The notes under the pieces were generated by a model. The model was not told where the DNA came from and made no database searches. It saw nothing but the letters and a program-made list of their open reading frames with translations. From assembly GCA_032718475.1 (NCBI GenBank), contig JAUCBJ010009115.1, positions 1 to 64,000 on the forward strand: a stretch of DNA of 64,000 nucleotides, in the 5' to 3' direction. Every line of letters begins with the position of its first letter. The stretch's first letter is position 1. Of the stretch, positions 12,396-23,519 are shown piece after piece. Origin of the DNA: Nemertoderma westbladi. Lineage: Eukaryota; Animalia; Xenacoelomorpha. Position numbers and translations under genes: made by a program.

Positions 12396-14285
12396 ACTAC
12401 TAGTACTACTACTACCGGTAGTATCGGCATGCTGCATTGCACTGTATTTTTAAGAATGCTGTGCCGGCTTGTCGACAAAATTGCGCCGCCACAACTCCCT
12501 ATCACCCACGACATTTGCTAGATCATTCGCATCTTTAAGGCCAGTGTCCTTTACGATGCGTCTCAAGAAAGTCATGGGCTGTCCACCATGTTTGCTTATT
12601 CACTCCATGAGGCTGCCAAAGCACAAGATTATGCACTGGCTGGTCCTCACGGCAAAAGCAATGTCTTTCAAAGCGGAGGCGATTTTGTTCTAGTGTCAAG
12701 CTTGGGGGAACCAATGAGACACCTCCAATGTTATATAGTGTCTGGTTGGAGATGTGTGCATTGTACTTGACACAATGAACCCGGCGTAGCATTCTTGTGA
12801 ATGTGCCATCCAGAGATTTGGTGTCCTCAGCAGTTAGAGCCCAGCATGGACTCCCATAGAGGAGTACTGGAACTACTGCTGCTCTAAATAATCGGACATT
12901 AAGTTTCCGATTAATTCTCGGTGAATTCCAAATCCTGGAAAGCCTATTCAAGGCCTATTCATTCGATTCTAATGAGCTGAGGAGCCGTTGGGTTCCCTCT
13001 AGTGATTCCGAGAGTACTCCTAAGTCATCAGCAAAGTCTAGATCAGTTAGGTACTTGGCAGGATTTCCTCGACTTCTGGAGCCAGTTGGTGGAGTTATCA
13101 TCACCCCATCATCATTATGATGATCTAAGGACATGCGTAGAACATAGTCAACCACAATTATGAACAAGAATGGTGCAAGTGTGTCTCCCTGGAGGACGCC
13201 CCATAACACTTCAAAGGGTTCTGGTGTCACCGTCAACAGTAGACACAAATGTTGTCGAACCATCGTATACTGATCTGATTGCTGCAATAATTTCATCAGG
13301 AATCCCATATAATGAAAGTATGCTGAACATATGTGTGCGGGATACTGAATCAAAGGCCTTGAAGAAGTCAACAAACATAACAGCCAGATGCCTGTCTTTC
13401 TTTTTTGATAACTCGTCAATTATCCTTCTAAGTGACAAAATGGGCTCCATGGCAGCATGGTCCCACGACCTTTACGGAACCCATTCTGATTTCCACGGAG
13501 CAGTCTCTCAATGGGATCCCTGATGCGATTTAATAGAATTCTATTGTATGCTTTGCAGCAATCGAGATCAATGAGATTCCCCGAAAATAACTATAAGAGT
13601 GTTAGGTTGCCCTTCTTGGGAACTGGCACCAACTTATTTGTTTTCATTTCTTGTGGGGCTCTTGTTGTTCGGTACATGTCTACTATGATGTGATAGATGA
13701 GCTTTAAACATTCAGCTTGCCAACACATTGTTACTATCAATAATTAAACATTCAGGTATTTTAAAGACCTCAGGGGGAACACCATCTACTCCACTGGCAC
13801 GATTGGTCTTAATGCTCTTTGCAGCAGCCTTCACTTCTGCAAAGGAGATATCGCCAATGGGAATATCTGGGAGTACAGACTCGGACACTTTTACTTCTAT
13901 AAAGTTATCAGGCAATACCCTGTCGTTATTGAGGAGCTTTTCAAAGCGGGCCTTCCAACCATTGAGGCGATCAGCTGGTGATTTAGCCTTAACCTTGGTG
14001 GTTGGTTGGCTTTTCCACCCAGTAAGCAAGTTGATCGATTTCCATGCCTGGGATGATTGCCTGCTGTCGTCAGCATCATTGATGGCATCAACCTGTTGGT
14101 TTATTAGCTCCTGTAGATTAACAGAGTACTGCCTGTTCAGGGACCTAGATGCAACCTTAACTGCATTCTTGGCCGCTGTACAGCTGTAGTCTGTTTGAGT
14201 CGGGACTCTTTCTGCGCCTTACATGCCTTACTGCCTTATATAGGTCATTTCGACACTTCTGGATTTTGTTGTCAGTCCAGGGGGT
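12396..14285 (-). mobile_element. Longer 5'-truncated RTE-clade LINE copy in FKBP12 intron 1, frameshifted and internally deleted
   Basis: Same sequence family as 7668-8868 but extending further 5' (ASGVDGVPPEVFK, VPVPKKGNL, MFVDFFKAFDSV). About 220 bp are missing near 12955. The TAG tail lies at about 12396-12423. Confidence 0.92.
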
Positions 14286-14934
14286 TGACCTGGTTGACCC
14301 CTCACCTACTGACCTACCGCTACCCGGTGACTGGTGGCCTGTGCCTACAGATAGACTGACAGACCTGCTGCACTTGCACAGGCAGTACATGCAGTAGCCA
14401 GTCTGCCAGTAGGGAACACTCATCTGCTCATGAACACGTAAAATATGAAATAAGTGAACTGAAAGTACCGGTACCATGTGCAGATGTGATTTTACTTCAG
14501 AAAGGAAGTTACAGCCAGCCCCAGCCAGCCAGCGCCAGGTGACTTAGGCCTAGCTGCCTAGCCTGTGCCTAACACTTAAAGTTAAACACTTGGGTGACAG
14601 ACCGAACGTAATCAGGCATCAGGATCGAATGTAACATATTTTTTACGAATCGAACGTAACCTCAATTATGTTACATTGGACTGTTGGATCCTACTGTCCT
14701 AGGCCTATACCAATAGGGCCTACCATGAGATCACAGCTTCTCTCACTTTAGCATCAGCACACCGCACACGGTTCCAGGTTCGGTTACTGTTGTACCGTAC
14801 AGCCGTACTCGTTGTACTGCATACTGTACACTCCCAGAGCTGCAGAGCCCAGACTCCACCCACCAACTGACCAGCCCACTCTCCACTCTCTGAGTCCAGA
14901 GTCTCTGACTTCGCCATCCACTGGCTTCATATTA

Positions 14935-17429
14935 CAGCTAGGAACTTTCACCCGTTAGACGGGTGGACAATCCAGCCCTTTAATGGGTGTCCTAATTCGT
15001 TCTTCTGGGCTAAATTCCACCCGTTTGAGGGGTGGCTTGGGGAGTTTGTAAATTTTATCCAGCTTGCTTTATGATCAAAGCCGCCGACAGGAATCTCGGA
15101 CACTCATCTGAGGGCTGGATATAATGCGGCTACATGCAAGGAAATACAGCCTTGAGTAAACCTACAACAACAACAGGGTGCTTTTGATTGACAGTGTAAG
15201 AGTGCCGGTAATAGCTGTACTAAGCTAAGTTTCAAAGACTGCTTGAGCCTGAGTGCTGAATGTCTGCCTGACTACTTAGCTAGGAGGACTGGAGGAGTTA
15301 ATAAAATAAGATAATTATTATTTTCCGAAGTTAATTAATTATTTATTTAAGTTACCAGTGCGCCTGCACAATTTATTATTTTCTTCACCTTTCAGTTACC
15401 AAACAGTACTGCGTAATTAATTATTATCTTTAAGATGATAAAGTATTTTCTTCTTACCAGTAAGTTGATAAATTATTATATTTATTATGACAGTCACAGT
15501 AGGCCCTACAGTAATTATTATTTTCTTACTGGTAAGTTAATCAATTATTTTCTTAGGATATTAATTATTGCAATACACAGTAGGTAGGCCTACGATAATA
15601 AATTATGTCTTACTGTCTTATGTCATTACACATTAGGTAGGTCTATGTCTAAGATAATTAATTTTTCATTAAGATAATTAATTATTTTATTAATTATTAT
15701 ATTAAGTTACTAGTTAAATATTTTATTAAGTTAATTAATTATTTTAATTAAATTAGTTAACTAATTATATTATATTTAATTAGGTAATTATTAATAGGGG
15801 GGGGGGGGGGGGGGGGGTTGGAGTGATCATGGGGCATCATGCATGATCTTTTGGCGTTTGATTTGTCTTAATTTGGCCCAGATTTCTTTAAGTTGACCTT
15901 GAGGTCGTTGACCTTACAATATATTGCTGATTTATTGAGAGCATCTTGAACCGTACCACTCAATGATTGACCATATATTACTACATCGTTTAAAATAATA
16001 AAGGTATATAATAAAGGTGAAAGCTATCACCTTGTATTACTCCGACTACTGTAGCTGTCTAATAGGGTCCAGCCAAGCCAGTGCATAAACACCAATAGAG
16101 ACACATATGCCGGGAAAGCCCAAACTTCAGTAATCAGAGTTATAGAAGTAATGCAAAATTATTAAAGGAGGGGGGATTCATGCAATTCTTAAAATGGGCG
16201 TTTGAAAGTTGCATGATATCAATATCACATTTGGTATCCTTGTATGGCCAGCTTTCCATCTCTCCGAAAAATTCTGACCCAATACAGCAATAAGGTGGAG
16301 GAATCTGTTACAAAATCCATGCAATTCTAATTTACGGTTTTTAGAAAAATTTGGCTCCAATTTAGAAAATCTGTGCACCACGACTGTGAGGTTTGCTATC
16401 ACTGTGCAATCAAATCTCGCTGTGAATACCGTACCTAACTGTATTTTATAACTGTAATTAATTAAATTAATTATTTTTGCCTAATTGAGTTAATTAACTT
16501 TAATTAATTTCGGGATCAGGATTTCAATTATCATATTTTTACATTACTCTTACTTACAGACTTATGGTTAGCCAAACAGTCGAAAATGAACTGAGCAGTA
16601 ATGCAGAAATGAGCTGGCTGGGCGCCAGTGCAAGTCAGCAATTCAAGGCCAAATCAGCAAATTGAAGGAATTGTGAACTGGAGTCCTAGTCCTCTGCTCT
16701 AGCCTGTGTGAAGGAGAACTTAACTTCATAGAGCATAAAGAAATAACTTGTAACTTACCACCAGTAACTTACCGCCAGTATATTAACTTAATGTCTTCAT
16801 AAAGGGATATAATTAGGATACTACCAGTAGTGTAGTGTAGCAGTCCAGCCCAGCAGCCACCCCACCAGCCATCAGCCGGGCGCTTTTGTGTAGGTTTGCC
16901 TAAGGCATAGCAGATGCCATGTTAGGTAACTCAGCTAATGTCTAACAAGAGCTGCAGAGTAATATGTAATACAGTAAGTATAATAAGAAAGCCAATGCTA
17001 TGCTGGCTGCCTCAATTAGTACACAGTGTGTGTGTGTGTATACTAGGAAGGATGGTAGTTGTAGACAGTGGAGGTCTGCTCTCTGGTGTGTTGATTGGCA
17101 GCCTGGCTCCATAGATGGGAAGGAATCTGCTTGCCTCAGGGGGATGACGAGTAGCAGATAAAATTGTACAAATCCACCCGTTTGACGGGTGGAATTCAAT
17201 TAATTCTTAATTAAAAGTTAACTATGCTGTAATTTTAATTTTTACAGGACCAAAATATGTAGTTTTGCCTGCTCTATGTCACAATACCAATTTTACTCGT
17301 GCGTCTAAAAAAATAGCAATGCGAATTTAATTTTAATTTTTAATAGGGATTTGTGTGGAGAAATACAAACTCATCCACCCATTTGAGGGGTGTCTGTCCA
17401 GCCGTTTGACGGGTGAAAGTTCCTAACTG
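14935..17429. mobile_element. Non-autonomous TA-duplicating DNA transposon (Tc1/mariner-like ends), 2.5 kb, in FKBP12 intron 1
   Basis: Left end TA|CAGCTAGGAACTTTCACCCGTTAGACGGGTGGACA and right end TGTCCAGCCGTTTGACGGGTGAAAGTTCCTAACTG|TA form about 35-bp TIRs. Subterminal CCACCCGTTTGA.GGGTGG motifs at about 15018, 17175 and 17375. No transposase ORF seen. Confidence 0.8.
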
Positions 17430-17533
17430 TATTATTACTGTATTAACACTTCACTTCTGCACTTCCAGACTTCAGCGGTCTGGCGGTTCAGCATCAGCAC
17501 TTCATTTGCACTTGATCTTAGCTTCAAACTTAC

Positions 17534-17570
17534 CATCGCCTGCACTTAGTGTTTCGACAACAACTCCCAT
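17534..17570 (-). CDS. FKBP12: FKBP12-type peptidyl-prolyl isomerase, exon 1
   Basis: ATG GGA GTT GTT GTC GAA ACA CTA AGT GCA GGC GAT G|GTAAGT gives MGVVVETLSAGD(G). The three exons total 37+141+152 = 330 nt, i.e. 109 aa plus stop. Confidence 0.95.
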
Positions 17571-17859
17571 TATTCCGAACTTTGTTCGTACAGTCGTACA
17601 GCAGTACAGGCTGACAGGTACTTTGTATTTATGTAGGGTAGGCCTATCCTATCTCTGTATTTGCTGTTTGCAGTTTATGGTCTGACGGTGATTGATTTTA
17701 TGATAGGCCAAGACTTCTGCTAAGATCAGTACCGTACCGGTACAGGTAATGCAGTAATATAATACAGTACTGCAGTAACACACTGACCAAGGACTAGACA
17801 CTGACTAATTGATACAAGAAGGTAAAATGAACATAATAATGGCTCTGATATCCCGGTAA

Positions 17860-18760
17860 ATATTTTCGACCTACATGTAGTTCCAACGCGCGCTATTCCT
17901 ATATGCGACCGCACAAAATATGTTCTCATGTTAGAGAACGTTATGAACCAAAAACAATGTCGATATCCGAACTTTTTGTTGGCAGTGCCAGTTATTAATC
18001 TGCCATTGCAGTCTGCTCACCTTTGTTGCATTGGGGCTTCGAGTATTATTTGTATTAACTGGAGGCTAGTCAAATGACTTGCCTCAGGTTTACCAATGGC
18101 TTGGTTGGTCGGTGTGAAACATCGGTGGAAAGTTCCAGAAAGGTCATCAGGAAAGCGACTCACGCAATTGTTGGCAGCTCTCTCTCCAGTGGGGGTCAGA
18201 TACGCGATACGCGACCCATCACCCATGCCTACTCTGATGCACATGACCTACAGTACCATTGTCTATGCAGTTCATATGCTGGGCCATGCCCTGTACCCCT
18301 GCTGCCAGGAGCAGGTCGCAGTGAAGTGCACTCAAATTGGAGATGAAAGCACTCTACTCCTGACCAGCCATTGGTAGATTACCATCAGCATGGTCAGTAA
18401 ACTATCCCAGGGCGTAAACTATTCCAGAACGATGGGGGCCCTTCTTACAGGAACACATTACATGCCCTTATTAAGAGGATATGCAGCCACAGATGACACA
18501 ATCCTTTATGCTATATGGAGGTGGCAAGTTTTCTGAATTAATGTACCAGAACCTGCCTGATCTGACCTGTTTGCCTTACAAGAATGAGAATGTGTGAGAA
18601 CCATAACAATAGTCGAATTCGCTACACTACAGTAGTGAGACCTAATGCGCAAGAAATTGGCCTTTATGTCAATAAAGAAAAAATTGAAGCTTTTTTTAGA
18701 ACTCATGTGATGTGTCATGCCATCGTTTGATAATGAACTTATATATAAAGACATTGTGTT
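17860..18760 (-). mobile_element. Possible very old LINE relic between the two genes
   Basis: Weak RT-like fragments: FFIDIKANF..SH..YG..SFL.G.QV and RTYFVRSHIGIARVG near the 3' end. Heavily decayed. Confidence 0.3.
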
Positions 18761-20106
18761 GGCGTAGAAACCTGGAGCCGATAATTACGCGGTAGGTATT
18801 GCATTGCAATCAATTTAATGATTTATAGCCTTAAGCGTTATATACAGTAGGGGTGGGTTAATAAACGGAGAGCCAAAACCATCGAACGGCGATTTAACTT
18901 ACTTTACTTGCGAATTTACTTTATGTACATTAGTTTACAATAGAAATAATTATGACTTTGTAATATATTGTATGGATTAAAACCTACTGTATGAGTGCCA
19001 AACTATTGAGACAATATTTGGCTAATTCAATAAGAGTATGTAAGAATTTCTTCCAAATGTTTAAACAACGTAAGCCTATTTATAATTGTAGCATTGTGAG
19101 TGTGTGACGGGGGCTGTGATTGCGGCATAATAATATTTCATCTTCACAGTTTGAGATCTCGACAATAATTAGTGCACCAAACTTGTTAATAATCCGACGC
19201 TAATCTTTGTAAAATTCAATGATACCATGTTTAAGTTAATCCGCAAGGGTTACATAACTCAAGGAAGTCATGTTCATTTTTGAGATTTATGTGCATTCAC
19301 GTTAAATAAATATTATAAATATATTAATTTATTGCGTTAATAATGATTAAAGTTACTTGTAAACTTTGTGTAATTTATATAATGAGTACTTGGTGGAGAT
19401 TTGTTAACAAGAAATTAAATTTAAAATAAGTAATTGGCAAAGGATTCAACAAATAATAGTTGAATCAAATTATATTGAAATAATATTTTTTATATAAATT
19501 TGTATTTCTTATTAATATTATCATCTGCCATCTTAACCATTACATGGTTATTATTTTTGCTCATAATTTAATTACTGTAAATAAAGTACACGATTTTATT
19601 AAATTATCATACAGCTTTGTTTTTTCTAGCATAGTTAATTTTATAAAACATTATAATATAATGTTAAAAAGTTAAAATATCTCATAATGTGTTGGTAATT
19701 ATAAAATTAAATTTCATGATACAACATATATAAGATATTAATTAAATTCATTCCTCTCCAGGGGAAATCGGATTGTATTTGATAAAATTTCTCCTTATTT
19801 GTGTTTTATAGCATTTATTTCTATCTTACAGTGTAACCTGTACAGATACTAATTAGTTTATTGTTTTGGTTAGATTCAGACTTTCTGTAACCTGGATTTT
19901 TAGTGAAAACCTGCAACCCCCCTATTTGTTAAATTTAAATAAGAGTTATAGTTAAATATAATTAATAATGTAAAATAATATTGAGTTTGTATGTAATTTT
20001 TATATATTTATATGTTGTTGTAGTTCCCGTCTTCCCCTGTATGTAGGCCTACAGTAGATTCAATTAAATGATATAGTTCTCTACATACAGTCTCAGAGCC
20101 GTTACC

Positions 20107-20211
20107 ATGTCGACCGATCACCTGACCTACCTGAGAACTAACAATGTAGAACTTCGCAAGCGAGTAGAAGAGTTGGAACAGATAATAGAAGACCAACACA
20201 AACACGTGCAG
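20107..20211 (+). CDS. JAKMIP-like: JAKMIP-family-like coiled-coil protein, coding exon 1
   Basis: ACCATGT start downstream of an acceptor (tacag at 20086-20090). Reads MSTDHLTYLRTNNVELRKRVEELEQIIEDQHKHVQ|gttaat, phase 0. Resembles the recalled JAKMIP N-terminus (ANEELRAKL). Confidence 0.8.
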
Positions 20212-20837
20212 GTTAATCATTGGTCAATCAATCAATAACAATTTAGGCCTACAACATAGCCTACAAGGGGAAATTGATCCAGTTGATTTAGCTACCTGAA
20301 CCCCTATTTTGAAGTATTCACCTAATTTTACTAGATTTTCGGGAACACAAAGTTGAAAGTGTATAAGTGAAAAACCGGAAAAAAATATTCACAATTCATT
20401 GGAAACGTACTGAAATTATAACACATAATACTGTATATTTGTGTTCTAATATAATATAATGTAATTTATAATACGCCACAAATTGAATGCCACCCCAAAT
20501 TAGATGATTTAACACCAAAATTGTCTAACTTCCAGGAAGTGCAAGCGCGTGGGCTGGGGGCCATTCTTCGCGTCAGCGGGGGCTAAAAGTCCCAAAAGTG
20601 GGTAGAAAACGTATGACCATTGGACAATATTGGGGTTAAACGGGGCTAGAACAAGATACCCATTAGTCGATTAGGCCCACCTCATGGTACACTCTCAGTG
20701 GTAGTGTAGTGAATAAAGACATGGTGGTGAGTTCGATTGGCCGTTTAGGCCCAGGCATTTCTGAATAGGACACCCAATTGGTCGTTTGTCTCCCAAGTGA
20801 AGGACAGAAGGAAACATGCCTGGTTAATTCCTGTGAG

Positions 20838-21538
20838 CAGGGCCGGTGTCGTAGGCGAATCTGCCCCCACCCCCCCCCACTTGGATTTATTCGTTTATTT
20901 TTTGGTTAGGGTTAGGTGGTCATGCTCAAAAACCCAAAGTAACCAAGTAACCCTAAGTAAAACTGTCATGTAACCCTAACCCTAAGTCATGAGGCTCTAA
21001 TCTATGACATGTTGTGGAATTTTAAATTTTGGACCCTGGACTGGAATGTCCGCGAAATTCCACAAAGTGTCTTAGATTAGAGCCTTATGACTTAGGGTTA
21101 GGGTTACATGACAGTTTTACTTAGGGTTTCGGGCCGCCATTTCACTTTGAATTAGGGTTTCGGACCGTCACTCTCAAAATATGGGGTGAAAATGCTCTGG
21201 GGGGGGGGGGGGGGGGGCGGTTGTGGGCTTGTACACCGCGTTAAGCTTATCGAGGCTCTTAGACTATTATCAACTGTAGATTAGATATTGCACTTTTTAG
21301 GTTTTGGTTACAATTATCACCTTAAAGTTATTATAAAACGGTTTGGCCAGAAGGTTACAACAGCAGAATGTAAACGCCAACAAAGCGAGTGAAAATTTTT
21401 AATAAACCCATTTAAACTTTTTGGTTATAAAACGAAAGTTAGTCATCCACCCAGCGGTTAATTTAAAATTATGTGTCCCCTTTTAAGCCATGGCTCCTAG
21501 GATGCAGCCTTATAAGCCTAGGCATTAAAGCGGCCCTG
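20838..21538. mobile_element. hAT-like MITE with 8-bp target duplication
   Basis: CCTGTGAG|CAGGGCCG ... CGGCCCTG|CCTGTGTG, a 7/8 TSD match with CAGGGCCG termini. Contains a long internal palindrome at 20949-21128. Confidence 0.75.
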
Positions 21539-22598
21539 CCTGTGTGCAGCTGATATTGTAGCGTTAGTATTGTTTGTATGCTAGTTATTAGTTAGTGAAA
21601 AACGAAGATGAAATGTTAAAGCACTGCACAGCATTGAACCACCCCCCCCCCCCCCTCCCCCCGTATCTGAAAATACGAGGCCCTATACATTTTTTTAATT
21701 TAAATTACCGTAGGCCCCTAGTATATTAACTATCAATATTAAACATAGATACTGTAAATAAAATTAAACTAAAATATGTAAAAGCTACAGCAGGTCCTGA
21801 ATTATATTATATTTAATGGAATTACAATTTAAATGCCAATAAAGCAAACGATAGTTAAACTGAGAGATATATTATCTTCTAATTTAGATCTATCATCATA
21901 AAACTTAATAAAGGCAGTGTATCTTTGTTTAATGAAAGTTAAGAGTTAAGCCCGGTTCGCACAGATACAACTCGGGGTGACAGTGTGCCAACGTTGTCAC
22001 CGCGTTTTCAAATGTAACCCAAAACCAAAACGCTGTGATTATATGATTATATTATTATGATTACATATATAAATATTTTATTGCAATATACTCACATTTG
22101 CATATCATTGATTACATTATATTAGATATTAGATGCTATATTAGATGATATTAGATATATATTAGATATTATTATTCCAATCCTATCCAACATCACAGCC
22201 CCTTTCCACAACGCTCTTACTTAAGTTTACGTCCCCGAAACATACATTAATATTCGATCCGTCAAATTAATGTCTTTCCTTGTCAGATTAATGGATAATA
22301 ACATTACCTATTAAATAACGCTAAATTTAAATTTCACTGTTTACGAACTCCTGCTTGGTTGATGTTATCTGGGTGGCTGTACTCTACCTGGCCTATCTAT
22401 TACTGCCATTTTGATTTCTAAATGGCGTTCCAATTTTATCCAAATGCATTGCCTTCAACAGTAGAATGTACCACAAGAGAGTGTACCGCATAGACGGCCA
22501 TGGCAATACAACCTTTCTTAACATCGTACCAATTATATCTTCTAACCTTTTTTTTGGGCGTGGGCGCGCTTCATATTATTATAATAATAGAAAATTAA

Positions 22599-23507
22599 CC
22601 CCTTAGAGCCTATGACGTCCACTGCACGTCACCATGGACAGCACTAAGACGTGCAGTGGACGTCATGCTGGAATACATGTTTTATTGGAAGACTCTTGGA
22701 GTGTATACTGGTGGGTAGTATTAAAGACATTTAGTGCTCTTCATGGGAAAAAATCCATTCTGTACTGTAGATAGGCTGTATTGTTGACTGTATTATAAGT
22801 GTTAGGTATATGGCATAATGCCAACCACAGTACAGTAGTACAGACTGACAGAAAGACCGACAGACAGACAGACTAGCTTTATGTAAACTTGTAAATTGAC
22901 ATCAGAAATGATATCAGCAACCCTTAAAACCCCCATGGCGAGAATGTTAGTTAGTTTGTATACTTTCTTAAGTTTTGACAGACTGACTGACAGAAAGACC
23001 GACAGTCAGACAGACTAGATTTTTTTAAACGTGAAAACTGACATCTGAAATGAAATCAGCACCTATCAAAACCCCCATAGCGAGAATGTTAGTTAGTTTG
23101 TATTGTTTTTTATGTTTTGACAGACTGACTGACAGAATGACCGACAGACAGACAGACGAGATTTATGTAAACGTTAAAACTGACATCAGAAATGAAATCA
23201 GCACCCCTTAAAACCCCCATAGCGAGAATGTTAGTAAGTTTGTATTCTTTTTTAGTTTTGACGGACTGACTGACAGAAAGACCGACAAACCGACAGACCA
23301 ACAGACAAGATTTATTTAAAAGTGAAAACTGACATCAGAAATGAAATCACCGACCTTTAAAACCCCCAGAGCGAGAATGTTAGTTAGTTAGTATTTTGTT
23401 ATAAGTTTTGACAGACAAACAGACAGAAAGACTGATAAACTTCAGATTTATGATTTTAGTTTAGGATTATGGGGCACAAATAAAATCCTGCTTTAGGTGC
23501 TAAAGGG
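22599..23507. mobile_element. piggyBac-like non-autonomous element with about four internal 142-bp tandem repeats
   Basis: TTAA|CCCCTTAGAGCCTA ... TAGGTGCTAAAGGG|TTAA (11/14 TIR match, TTAA TSD). GAAAGACC-like marker at 22851, 22993, 23135, 23276 and 23426. Perfect 19-bp-arm hairpin at 22612-22666. Confidence 0.75.
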
Positions 23508-23519
23508 TTAAAGTAAGAA

